This document shows, piece by piece, positions 1-8,950 of a stretch of DNA of 64,000 nucleotides (positions are counted from its first letter, which is position 1; the number at the start of each line of letters is the position of its first letter). Made by a program: the position numbers and the translations under genes. The notes beneath the pieces are model-generated. The model had not been told where the DNA came from, did not search any database, and was given only the letters and a program-made list of their open reading frames with translations. Origin of the DNA: an uncultured Bacilli bacterium (GTDB taxonomy: Bacteria > Bacillota_I > Bacilli_A > RF39 > UBA660); assembly GCA_947588765.1 (NCBI GenBank), contig CANPZG010000003.1:2032-66031 (forward strand), written 5' to 3'.

Positions 1-1007
1 AAACAATCCATATCACTAGTAAATAAACGTGAACGACAGAATAGACATTTTATACTTTGACGAATTGAATTTCTTCTTTTCATGTATTCAATAAAACTGG
101 TAAAATCACTACCACCATAATAAATATAACTATCTTTTTCCATTCTTTCAATAGCTTTTTTATTATGAATATAACGTGGTATATTATGGAAGAAGTTTAC
201 AACATTTCGACCGAATTTATTCTTTTCATAATCATATGTTTTTTGAATACCATAGTATCTATCATAATTATTGATTCTATTTCTAAAATAACTATGAAAT
301 TCTTCATAAGATGAATCTGCTGAAATTAATTTAATAGCTTTATTTTCTTCTTTAGTTGCTTCTGGGAAAATAAAATCTTCACTAGTAGTTGTACTTCTTT
401 TGCTTTCAACTGGGAAATCAAATTCAATTTCTTTATTTAGTTCTTTTGGATCAATTGCCACAGATTTTGCAGCTTTCTTTGGTGTTGGATTTAAGTTTCT
501 GCGATTATAAGTGTTTTCCTTACAAAGCATACTACGTAACTTTTCAAGTTCTTCTTTACTTAAATTATCATAATTACTTACTAATTTATCAATTTCACTT
601 AAATTGTTTTCTCTTTTAGAGTAACGTAAAAATGTCGCAATAGAATTTCTTAAAGAAGATGCTTTATCTTGATATTTTGTCATTAATTCTTCGCTAACAC
701 CACGAGATTTTAATTCATTTTTGATTTTATTAATGTAATAGTTTAATTTTTTTCTAATGGCAATAACTTCATCAGCACTTTTAGCGTCCATTATTTCTTC
801 AGTTAAACTTACAATTAATTCTTGAGCTTTAACTACAGCTTCATATTTTTTTACGTTTACTTCATCAGTTTTTAAAACTTTTTGAGTTTCTTCAGCTATA
901 CTAGCAAAATTATCTTTATTATTTAAGATATTTTCTTTAGCCATATTTAATAATTCAATATGTTCAGCTTTGATTTTTTCAATTCGATTATTCATATGAT
1001 TTGTCAT
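1..1007 (-). CDS. hypothetical Lys/Glu-rich (coiled-coil-like) protein; the gene runs off the left edge
   Basis: Open minus-strand frame from ATG 1007-1005 to position 1 (335 codons, no stop). It is absent from the ORF track because it is truncated. Its start overlaps the upstream mini-ORF stop in TAATG. Confidence 0.55.
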   Translation of the reverse strand, partial: MTNHMNNRIEKIKAEHIELLNMAKENILNNKDNFASIAEETQKVLKTDEVNVKKYEAVVKAQELIVSLTEEIMDAKSADEVIAIRKKLNYYINKIKNELKSRGVSEELMTKYQDKASSLRNSIATFLRYSKRENNLSEIDKLVSNYDNLSKEELEKLRSMLCKENTYNRRNLNPTPKKAAKSVAIDPKELNKEIEFDFPVESKRSTTTSEDFIFPEATKEENKAIKLISADSSYEEFHSYFRNRINNYDRYYGIQKTYDYEKNKFGRNVVNFFHNIPRYIHNKKAIERMEKDSYIYYGGSDFTSFIEYMKRRNSIRQSIKCLFCRSRLFTSDMDC

Positions 1008-1114
1008 TAATTCATACCTTCTTCCTTTTTTAATACATCGTCCATTCCTTCTAAAATAGACTTTAACTCTACAAGAGTTTCATCGTCTAATGTAGATAAA
1101 TCAATATTTTCCAT
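1007..1114 (-). CDS. 35-aa acidic mini-protein (MENIDLSTLDDETLVELKSILEGMDDVLKKEEGMN)
   Basis: A GGGGGG Shine-Dalgarno lies 5 nt before ATG 1114-1112. A consensus promoter sits just upstream, and the stop overlaps the next ATG. Confidence 0.4.
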   Translation of the reverse strand: MENIDLSTLDDETLVELKSILEGMDDVLKKEEGMN

Positions 1115-1146
1115 ATAATCCCCCCATTTACATTAGATAGTTTGCT

Positions 1147-1175
1147 ATTATAAAATAAGAAAAAGAAATTGTCAA
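1147..1175 (-). promoter_or_regulatory. sigma-A type promoter TTGACA-17-TATAAT
   Basis: Minus strand: TTGACA at 1175-1170, a 17-nt spacer, then TATAAT at 1152-1147. Confidence 0.6.
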
Positions 1176-1220
1176 TCATAAATTATATTTGATAAAACAA
1201 CCAATTTTTGGGTAATATAA

Positions 1221-1251
1221 AAAGATGCTAGTCAAATAACATCGCATCTTT
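1221..1251 (-). terminator. intrinsic terminator hairpin downstream of the 1330-3234 gene
   Basis: AAAGATGC (1221-1228) pairs with GCATCTTT (1244-1251). T-rich runs flank it on both strands. Confidence 0.55.
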
Positions 1252-1329
1252 TATTCTATTTTTTCAATTATTTCTTTAAATTTGATATACTTTTTTATAT
1301 TTAATTGCTCAAAGGCAAGTATTAAAATA

Positions 1330-3234
1330 TTAAATTTTTAAAGTATATGGATTTTCAATTGTACCAATACCACCATTCAATATAGCATCATTAGTTATAT
1401 AAAATGTAGGGCGGACTACATATGTGTAACCGCCACTAACACTGTAGTCGACACTACCAGTGCTACGCACAGCAAATGTACCTGAAGGCAAATTAGTTTC
1501 ACTAGTATAATCACATCTTTGAGTTATTAACCATTCCCATAACCCCATATATAACCAGTTACTATCCGTTGTTGAACGATAATCATTGTTTACTTGTTTT
1601 TTTGAGAAACCTCCCGCTGGGTTCCCAAATTTATCTATTTTTGTTCCATCACTTGTATTACCATATGTTCCAGTAAATGGTTTTTTATTCCAATTACTTG
1701 GTGTTGCTCCATATAAATAGTCACTTACATATAGCAATCCTATATTTTCCGGTTCTGTTGTTTTTCGATTAGTTGTTGAATTTGTTCCTATTTCATAATC
1801 ATATACTGATTTTGAGTTTGTTCCTAATGCTATATTATCGAATGTTGCATTATCATTTCCCCATATCCACGTATAAGGTGTTATTAAGCTTCGATATGTT
1901 GAATCTATAGAATTATAATAATTTGTATTTAAATGTATTGTGTTTAATAGTGCAGTTTTCCAATCTGCAGGTGTTGATTCACTTCCGTTTTCTTGCCATC
2001 TATATCTATCCACTTGAGTAAGATTTCCTTTGTATCTATGCGTAAATGCATCTTTTTCGCTGTTAGTTCCAGTTGTTGCGTTATATGAATAGCTCGTGTA
2101 AGAACCATTTGTTTTTGGATCAGCTTGAGATAAATCAGTTGGAGTTGTTGTTCCAGCACCTAATAATTCTTTATTTGCATAATCTGCTTTTACTACTTTT
2201 ATTCCATCATTACCAAATGTTCCTACTATTCTAAATAGATTATCTTTATTACTATTACAATCAGTCCCTAAACATATGTAGTTGTTTACTTTTTCATATG
2301 AACCGCTATAGCGATATGATGAGTCTCCTGCTTCTAATTCTCCTGCTGTTTCTCCCCTGGCTTCATCATTTTCTCCATCATGATATATTAAATTACTTGC
2401 TCCATATACTGATTTGTCATGTAATTGTTGAATACAATCAGCTAATAAACCACCTTCACTACATACATCCATTAAATCATTCGCTATCTTTTCGGCTTGG
2501 ATTATTATTCTTCCATTAAATGTTTTTTTTGTATTTAATTCTTGATCTGTTTCTAAATTTTTAAATGTTACTGTTATATTCCATTCATCTGTCTTTTTAT
2601 GGTCTGTTTCTTTATCTGTTACATTTATTGCTACATCTTCGGCTATTGGATATATTCCTTCTCTTAATTCTGTTATATCATAACTATCATCTGTTTCTCT
2701 TAATGTTGCTTTTGTTAAATTTGGTATTTCTTTATCGAAACTATTTGGTCCAGTTATGGTTAAGAATAACTCTGGTATTGGATTATATCCTTTTGTTAAT
2801 CCATTATAATCTCTATTATTTCCTAATGTTTTATCATATTCGTTCGTAAATACTAAATCTTCATATTCTTCTTCTGGGTCTGTATATGATGAATATTCAA
2901 AATCATTGGCTGTTATTTCTAAATAAACATTATAACTTGCTGTCGCTGTATTTGTACTATTATTGGCTACCAATGTCGCACTTACATTTGTTGAACCCGT
3001 TTTATTTCCACTTGTTTCTGTAAAATTTTGTTGCGTTGCTTTTATTGTTATATCATTACCTTTATTAAAGGTTAGATTATCTACTGTACTTGTTGTGGCA
3101 TTTAAATTTGCTATAGCATTATTTCCTGTTACTGCTTGAAAATAGGCATATGTTGCACCTGCTATTAAAGCTAATAATGTTACTAATGCTATTATCAAAT
3201 ATATTATTCCTTTTCTTTTATTTTTTTCTTCCAT
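1330..3234 (-). CDS. signal-anchored secreted or surface protein, family member 1 (paralogs at 22598-24202 and 38617-39831)
   Basis: Long ORF. The likely start is MEEKNKRK, preceded by AAGGAGAG (the track ORF extends to 3285). It has an N-terminal TM helix ending in ATYAYFQA, the shared motifs YRYSG..NNY.C....LFRIVG and IGLLYVSDY, and a C-terminal VRPTFYI...GTIENPYTL. Confidence 0.8.
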   Translation of the reverse strand: MEEKNKRKGIIYLIIALVTLLALIAGATYAYFQAVTGNNAIANLNATTSTVDNLTFNKGNDITIKATQQNFTETSGNKTGSTNVSATLVANNSTNTATASYNVYLEITANDFEYSSYTDPEEEYEDLVFTNEYDKTLGNNRDYNGLTKGYNPIPELFLTITGPNSFDKEIPNLTKATLRETDDSYDITELREGIYPIAEDVAINVTDKETDHKKTDEWNITVTFKNLETDQELNTKKTFNGRIIIQAEKIANDLMDVCSEGGLLADCIQQLHDKSVYGASNLIYHDGENDEARGETAGELEAGDSSYRYSGSYEKVNNYICLGTDCNSNKDNLFRIVGTFGNDGIKVVKADYANKELLGAGTTTPTDLSQADPKTNGSYTSYSYNATTGTNSEKDAFTHRYKGNLTQVDRYRWQENGSESTPADWKTALLNTIHLNTNYYNSIDSTYRSLITPYTWIWGNDNATFDNIALGTNSKSVYDYEIGTNSTTNRKTTEPENIGLLYVSDYLYGATPSNWNKKPFTGTYGNTSDGTKIDKFGNPAGGFSKKQVNNDYRSTTDSNWLYMGLWEWLITQRCDYTSETNLPSGTFAVRSTGSVDYSVSGGYTYVVRPTFYITNDAILNGGIGTIENPYTLKI

Positions 3235-3336
3235 TTTACTTCTCTCCTTTATTATAAAATAATTATACTCCGTATTTCTCCACAATTCAAGAATAAAATG
3301 TGGAATAATGAGACAATTATATTAGGTGATAAAGGA

Positions 3337-3576
3337 ATGATAGGAAAAATACTTAAAACTATGCGAAGAGAAAGTAATATTACTCAAGAAGAATTATCTA
3401 AAAAAACATTTATTGGAAGAAGTACTTTAAGCGATTATGAAAGAGAAAAAACTGATATTAATTTTGAAAATATTGAAAAAATAGCTGACATTTGTAATTA
3501 TGATATATGTTTTATTAAAAGAGATAATCCTAAACATGTATTAAATTCTAAAAATATAGATCGTGAAGAAATATAA
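3337..3576 (+). CDS. XRE-family helix-turn-helix transcriptional regulator
   Basis: Contains the HTH_3-like pattern ITQEELSKKTFIGRSTLSDYEREKTDINFENIEKIA. The probable start is MIGKILK after AAAGGA (the track ORF starts at 3298). It is divergent from the 1330-3234 gene. Confidence 0.7.
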   Translation: MIGKILKTMRRESNITQEELSKKTFIGRSTLSDYEREKTDINFENIEKIADICNYDICFIKRDNPKHVLNSKNIDREEI

Positions 3577-3578
3577 AA

Positions 3579-3611
3579 AATAATAGTCAAAGTAATTGAC
3601 TATTATTTTTT
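3579..3611 (+). terminator. intrinsic terminator of the XRE gene
   Basis: A 12-bp stem, AATAATAGTCAA pairing with TTGACTATTATT, is followed by a T-run. Confidence 0.7.
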
Positions 3612-3697
3612 ATAACTTAAAACCCATTTTACTAAAGTTTAAAACATGAAAAAAACTAAAAATTTATGTCGAATATTTTCTAGTTTTGTCGAAGTCC

Positions 3698-3725
3698 TTG
3701 ATTTATTATTTTTATATTCTATAAT
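3698..3725 (+). promoter_or_regulatory. candidate promoter TTGATT-16-TATAAT for the small-peptide transcript
   Basis: TTGATT at 3698-3703 and TATAAT at 3720-3725. Confidence 0.4.
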
Positions 3726-3828
3726 AGAGTATTTGTTACCTGGTTAGTAGCACCTACCACATTTATGAGTAATTTTTCTTGAGGGGGTTTTGAACTCGAC
3801 TTTAGTTAATGAAAGTAGGTGATTGGCA

Positions 3829-3897
3829 ATGAACAGAGATTATTTACTCTTAGTAATTATAATTTTGTTAATCATAGTTATTCTACGATTAGCTTAA
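3829..3897 (+). CDS. 22-aa hydrophobic peptide MNRDYLLLVIIILLIIVILRLA (candidate type I toxin)
   Basis: AGGTGA lies 6 nt before the ATG. The peptide forms a single TM-like helix with charged ends. The ORF sits in an otherwise non-coding 420-bp gap and is too short for the ORF track. Confidence 0.4.
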   Translation: MNRDYLLLVIIILLIIVILRLA

Positions 3898-3962
3898 AAA
3901 AGATGCTAGCCTAATGGCGTAGCATCTACAGAAATTGTAGGTGTTACCTAACTGGGTAACAT
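3896..3962 (-). ncRNA. candidate antisense RNA overlapping the 3' end of the peptide transcript
   Basis: Minus-strand promoter TTGTAA (3997-3992), 17-nt spacer, TATACT (3974-3969). The hairpin AGATGCTA/TAGCATCT (3901-3927) is followed by a U-run on the minus strand. That hairpin could equally be just the murF terminator. Confidence 0.25.
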
Positions 3963-3999
3963 ATCTATAGTATACTCTATTTTTTTATATATTACAATA

Positions 4000-5370
4000 T
4001 TATTGTATTTTTTCAACTATTTCTTTAAAGTTTAAGGCTTGGGATGCTTTAACTAATATTTTATCATCACTTTCTTTAATTTTATTAATTAATTTTATAG
4101 CATCTTCATTATTATTAAAATGATATGAATTTTCTTTTTTTATGCCATTACTTATAGCTCTTTCATTAATTAGTTCTGTATAATCACCAACCGTAACTAA
4201 AATATCAATATCTTCTTTAGCAATAACATCCCCTATTTTAGCATGTAAATCTTCGGAATATTCACCAAGTTCTAGCATGGTACCTAAACAAGCAATTTTT
4301 CTTCCCATTAGACTACCTAAATATTTAATACTATAACTTAAAGAATCAAAATTAGAATTATAGCAATCATCAATTACCGTAATACCATTATTTTCAATAA
4401 TATGCATTCTATTTCTGGATAATTCAAAATTATTTATGCCTTTTTCTATTTCTTGATGATTAAGATTTAATATTGTTCCCACACTTATAGCTGATAAGGC
4501 ATTATAAATAAAATGTTCTCCTCCAATAGGGACACGATATAATTCATCATTACAAATAAAAGTACTATAATTTTCTTCTTCCGTTATATTTGTCGCTTTA
4601 AAATCACTTTTTTTATTTATACTAAAAGTTTTAATATTATATTTATCTTTATTATTGTTATACCAATCACTTAGTAAATCATTATCAATATTAATAATTA
4701 AAGTTCCATCTTTATCTAATCCTTCTAAGATTTCTAATTTAGCTTTTAAGATATTTTTACGACTTCCTAAATTACCAATATGAGCTGTTCCAACATTAGT
4801 AATAACGGCAATATTAGGTTTAGCAATATTAGTCAAATAACTAATTTCTTTTAAATGGTTCATACCCATTTCTACAACTAATATATCTTTATCTTCTTCC
4901 ATAGATAGAATTGTTAAAGGTAGGCCAATATGATTATTTTGATTACCAATAGTTTTATGAGCATTATATTTTTCTTTTAAAACACTATAAATCATATCTT
5001 TCGTACTAGTCTTACCAGCACTACCTGTTATTGCTACAACTGGTTTTGTAAAAGTACTTCTTTTATATTTAGCTAGACTACCTAAAGCCATAACAGTATC
5101 TTTAACTAAGATAACACATTTATTATTACTTTTTAAATAATTTATTAATTCTGGAGTTTTTGCAATATTTGATACTATAACGATAGAGGCTCCCTTATTA
5201 AAGGCATCCATATAATGTAAATTTCCATCAAAGTTTTCACCTTTTATTCCGATATAAAGGTCATTATCATGAATCTTTCTAGTATCAATAGATATATTAT
5301 TAATAACAGTATCTATTTTATTTATTATTTCTAAGGCATCAATATTTTCAAATATATCTATGCTTCTCAT
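4000..5370 (-). CDS. murF: UDP-N-acetylmuramoyl-tripeptide--D-alanyl-D-alanine ligase
   Basis: Mur ligase motifs (ITGSAGKTSTKD, NVGTAHIG, DDCYNSN) and a typical length of 456 aa. Confidence 0.9.
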   Translation of the reverse strand: MRSIDIFENIDALEIINKIDTVINNISIDTRKIHDNDLYIGIKGENFDGNLHYMDAFNKGASIVIVSNIAKTPELINYLKSNNKCVILVKDTVMALGSLAKYKRSTFTKPVVAITGSAGKTSTKDMIYSVLKEKYNAHKTIGNQNNHIGLPLTILSMEEDKDILVVEMGMNHLKEISYLTNIAKPNIAVITNVGTAHIGNLGSRKNILKAKLEILEGLDKDGTLIINIDNDLLSDWYNNNKDKYNIKTFSINKKSDFKATNITEEENYSTFICNDELYRVPIGGEHFIYNALSAISVGTILNLNHQEIEKGINNFELSRNRMHIIENNGITVIDDCYNSNFDSLSYSIKYLGSLMGRKIACLGTMLELGEYSEDLHAKIGDVIAKEDIDILVTVGDYTELINERAISNGIKKENSYHFNNNEDAIKLINKIKESDDKILVKASQALNFKEIVEKIQ

Positions 5371-5402
5371 TTCATCACTCCCTTTAATATAGTAATTATA
5401 AC

Positions 5403-7667
5403 CTATTTAAAAACTTTTGTATATAATTCTTTAAATTCATTTATACATCTTATGTCTAGTTTTTCTTTTATAATGTTAGGTAAATCCTCTAACTCTTTTT
5501 TATTAGCTCTAGGTATATATACTATATTTACATCATTATTATATGCAGTAATTAGTTTTTCCTTTAATCCGCCTATGGCAAGTATTTCGCCATTTAAAGT
5601 TATTTCACCAGTAAAAGCCATATTTTTAGGCACTTTTTTCTTTTTAACAATACTGGTTAAAGCTACTAGTATAGCGAGTCCCCCACTTGGGCCATCCTTC
5701 TTTGTCGCCGCATCTAAAAAGTGAATATAAACATCCTTTTTATCTAAAGTAATTTTATAATTAGTTTTAATGTAACTTAAAGCAACATAAATACTTTCCT
5801 TTAAGATATCACCTACGGAACCAGTGAAATAATATTTACCAGTTCCTTCAACTATTTTGGCTTCAACTTTCGAACAAAAACCGCCATAAGAATTTACTCC
5901 TAGAATATTAGCTTCCCCTATTTTACCAGTAGCTAAAGGAATATTTTCCTCCATCGGATTACCCAAAAGAATAGGCAAATCTTTACTAGTTAATTTTTTT
6001 CTACTCGCAATAACCATCTTTCTTACTACTTTTTCTAGTTTTCGTTCTAATTCCCGAACTCCAGCTTCTTTCGTATAATTATTAATGATTGTCTTTATAA
6101 GTTCATCACTTATAGTTATTTCATAATTATATTCTTTATAAATTTTAGGTAATAAATAATATTTAGCAATATCTTTTTTATCAAATATCGTATAACTATT
6201 TAAATTAATTACTTCCACTCTATCTAATAAAACTTCCGGAATATCATTGATATTATTAGCCGTCAAAATAAATAAAATATCACTTAAATCAAATGGTTCT
6301 TCAATATAGTTATCGCGAAACATTTTATTTTGGATTGGATCAATTATTTCGAGTAGGGTACTCGCCGGATCCCCATGATAATTTTTCGTCATTTTATCGA
6401 CTTCATCAATTAGCATAACGAGATTTTTACTTCCACAGCTTTTTAAACCTTGAATTATTTTACCGGGATTAGCTCCAAGATAAGTACGACGCGAACCAAT
6501 TAATTCAGTGGAATCATTCAAACCTCCTACGGAAATCTTATAAAATTTACGATTTAAAACTTCCGCAATAGCCATGGCAATAGATGTTTTACCAACTCCT
6601 GGTGGTCCAATTAAGCAAATAATTGGCGTTTTAATATTATTATTTTTAGCTTTGACGGCGATATATTCACTAATTCTTTCTTTAATTTCGGTTAAACCAT
6701 AATGGGTTTGATTTAATTTTTCAATTATTTCATCTGGATTGATTGGATCTTTCGTTTTATTATTCCATGGTAAATTAATTAACCAATCAATATAAGTTCT
6801 AATAACTCCCATTTCAGGACTTGATTCGTTAATTAAAGAAAACTTTTCAATTTCATTTTCTAACTTTTTTTGAATACTACTAGTTAATTTTAAAGTATTA
6901 AGTTTATTAATAAACTCTTCCGTTTCTTGTTCTTGAGTAGATCTTTCTCCAAGTTCTTCTTTGATAACTTTTATCTTTTCTTTTAAAATAAATTCTTTTT
7001 GATTAGCCTCTATTACTTCACTAACTCTTTCATCTAACTCATCTTCTAGTTTAATAATCGCTATTTCTTCTTTTAAATCATTAAGTAAATTTTTGGCTCG
7101 ATTTAAAGGATTATAGTTTTGCATATATTCACATTTTTTTTCATAATTAAAATTTAGGAATGATGCTATAATATCTGTGATATGGTCTAAAGATTTTGCT
7201 TTAGTAACTGTTGTCAAAATACTATTAGATATATTATTGGAGGAATCAATATATTCTTTTAAAGTAGCAATTAATTTGCGAGTTAAAGCTTTTTCTTCTT
7301 CCGGGGCAAACTTTGGTAATTCTATTTTTTGATATTCTGCATTTAAAACATCTTCATTCCAGTTAGATACAAAATATTTAGTTACAACGACACGAACTAA
7401 TCCTCTTAAAGTTAAGCGAACATTACCACTGGGAAGTTGAATTTTACTTTTGATTTTGGCGATAATTCCGACATTAGGTAAATCATCAACACTCGGTTCT
7501 TCTTCCTTTTTATCAAGAGGTGCCACTACTAAAACTTTACTATCATATTCAAGGGTACTTTTCTTGATAATTAATTTACTTATTTTATTATTTAACTCTA
7601 TTTTTATCTCTTGATTGGGGAGGATAATTAACTCTTTTAAAAGGATAACTGGGATTGTGTTTTTCAA
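5403..7667 (-). CDS. lon: ATP-dependent Lon protease
   Basis: LON N-domain, Walker A GPPGVGKTS, Walker B MLIDEVDK, and the protease motif KDGPSGG. It uses a TTG start after GGAGGTGA. Confidence 0.95.
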   Translation of the reverse strand: MKNTIPVILLKELIILPNQEIKIELNNKISKLIIKKSTLEYDSKVLVVAPLDKKEEEPSVDDLPNVGIIAKIKSKIQLPSGNVRLTLRGLVRVVVTKYFVSNWNEDVLNAEYQKIELPKFAPEEEKALTRKLIATLKEYIDSSNNISNSILTTVTKAKSLDHITDIIASFLNFNYEKKCEYMQNYNPLNRAKNLLNDLKEEIAIIKLEDELDERVSEVIEANQKEFILKEKIKVIKEELGERSTQEQETEEFINKLNTLKLTSSIQKKLENEIEKFSLINESSPEMGVIRTYIDWLINLPWNNKTKDPINPDEIIEKLNQTHYGLTEIKERISEYIAVKAKNNNIKTPIICLIGPPGVGKTSIAMAIAEVLNRKFYKISVGGLNDSTELIGSRRTYLGANPGKIIQGLKSCGSKNLVMLIDEVDKMTKNYHGDPASTLLEIIDPIQNKMFRDNYIEEPFDLSDILFILTANNINDIPEVLLDRVEVINLNSYTIFDKKDIAKYYLLPKIYKEYNYEITISDELIKTIINNYTKEAGVRELERKLEKVVRKMVIASRKKLTSKDLPILLGNPMEENIPLATGKIGEANILGVNSYGGFCSKVEAKIVEGTGKYYFTGSVGDILKESIYVALSYIKTNYKITLDKKDVYIHFLDAATKKDGPSGGLAILVALTSIVKKKKVPKNMAFTGEITLNGEILAIGGLKEKLITAYNNDVNIVYIPRANKKELEDLPNIIKEKLDIRCINEFKELYTKVFK

Positions 7668-7755
7668 AGTTTGTCACCTCCAAACATAATAATTTATTAT
7701 AAGTGGTTAGGTGGTAAAAGTAAAGAAAAAAGTTAACTTTTTGACGAGTTAACTA

Positions 7756-8859
7756 TTAATTTTTATTTACTTGAATATTTTCGGAAATTTCACTAACATC
7801 AGGGATACTTTCACCTATCGCATAATACCTTTCCAGAATGTTTTTTAAAGCCGAATTTTCGGTATTTAATTTTTCAATTGTTGCTTCTAATTCGTGAATT
7901 TTGGCAACATTATCAGCGATATCAGTGGAATAAGTATCACTAGATGGTTCAGTATCATATAAAAACTCTTCTTCGGGTATTGTAGTCTTCACTCCAGCAT
8001 CCGGTATTGTTGGACTTTCCACCGCGTAAGTCTTTTTTTGTTTTTCTTTATTTGCTTCTTCTTCATGCCGTTTTATTAAATCATATACTGATAAGTCTTC
8101 ATATTGGATATTAGGGTTTCTAATTTCTGCGACACGAGTTAGTCCAACCATTAAATCTAAACCTAGAGATTTAAAATAATTATTGGCAGTAATATCTAAA
8201 TTATTACTTTCCTTGCGATAGACTTCACAAGAGTTAATGAACTCATCATTTGGCCATACCACATGAGATATAGCTAAAGGTCTTTCCCCTACACTAATAA
8301 GAGGCATATTATAAAGCATCCGAAGAGCATTTTTATTCGAAACAATATCTGATGCAATTTTTCCCACTTGATCACGATGATTTAAACTTTTTTTAGCTTT
8401 ACTTAATTCTTCATATTTGATAAATTCATATCTTACAAAAGGTAAAGTTGGTTCATTACCCATACGAAAATATTCTTCATCTAAAGGTGCATCATCAATC
8501 AATTCTTCACTAGGAAAATATACATCTTCTCCTTTAACTAAATTATAACGGCGATATATATCAATGCTTTTTTTAGCATATTTAGCAAATTGCCTTAGAA
8601 ACTTTTCATCATTAGGCCATAGTAAATAAGATACAAAAACAGTCTTAGCTTTAGCTAAATTTTCTTCAGATAAAGTAAGATTTCTTTTTTCTTGCATTTC
8701 CTTAAAGAAATTATTGGCAACTTCCATAGCAATAGGATAAGCTTTACGCCTATTTATCCGATCAACAATTGCTTCTCTTAGTAGTTTATTTTTGGCTATT
8801 TCTATTACTGCTGCCGCTTCAATATTTTGTAAATTATCTAACTTTATCATTCCTATCAC
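7756..8859 (-). CDS. hypothetical protein with an internal duplication (WPNDE motifs) and a C-terminal coiled coil
   Basis: Long ORF with its own terminator at about 7700-7730. No family was recognised. Confidence 0.7.
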   Translation of the reverse strand: MIGMIKLDNLQNIEAAAVIEIAKNKLLREAIVDRINRRKAYPIAMEVANNFFKEMQEKRNLTLSEENLAKAKTVFVSYLLWPNDEKFLRQFAKYAKKSIDIYRRYNLVKGEDVYFPSEELIDDAPLDEEYFRMGNEPTLPFVRYEFIKYEELSKAKKSLNHRDQVGKIASDIVSNKNALRMLYNMPLISVGERPLAISHVVWPNDEFINSCEVYRKESNNLDITANNYFKSLGLDLMVGLTRVAEIRNPNIQYEDLSVYDLIKRHEEEANKEKQKKTYAVESPTIPDAGVKTTIPEEEFLYDTEPSSDTYSTDIADNVAKIHELEATIEKLNTENSALKNILERYYAIGESIPDVSEISENIQVNKN

Positions 8860-8950
8860 CTATTATAAGAATACACTAAGAAAGGCAAAAAGTCAAATAG
8901 ATTAACCAAAATAAAATTTAATGCATAAAATACTTTGTTAGGAGGTAAAT

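Noticed and set aside
389-619. Plus-strand ORF (76 aa) and many similar antisense ORFs in the track, for example 1944-2159, 2298-2519, 2565-2849, 5452-5724, 8977-9285, 12171-12455, 14306-14557, 14681-14941, 17258-17479, 21133-21360, 25433-25639, 25710-25997, 37233-37475, 40351-40542, 44650-44865, 44943-45173, 46627-46809, 46966-47187, 51594-51815, 52363-52590, 53356-53571, 55409-55630, 62482-62676 and 63295-63498
   Set aside because: All lie inside, and mostly antisense to, long well-supported genes, and I saw no convincing SD. Their Leu/Phe/Ile/Ser-rich composition is typical of chance frames within AT-rich coding DNA.
3646-3750. 34-codon plus-strand ORF (MKKTKNLCRIFSSF...) upstream of the hydrophobic peptide ORF
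   Set aside because: It has no Shine-Dalgarno and it spans the predicted promoter of the peptide transcript. It is probably non-coding.
3723-3980. Inverted ATAGAGTAT / ATACTCTAT and TGTTACC / GGTAACA blocks read as terminal inverted repeats of a MITE
   Set aside because: No target-site duplication is visible and no second copy occurs in the window. The outer blocks coincide with -10 elements of two convergent promoters. An RNA-level (panhandle or antisense) explanation fits better, though a MITE cannot be excluded without genome-wide copies.
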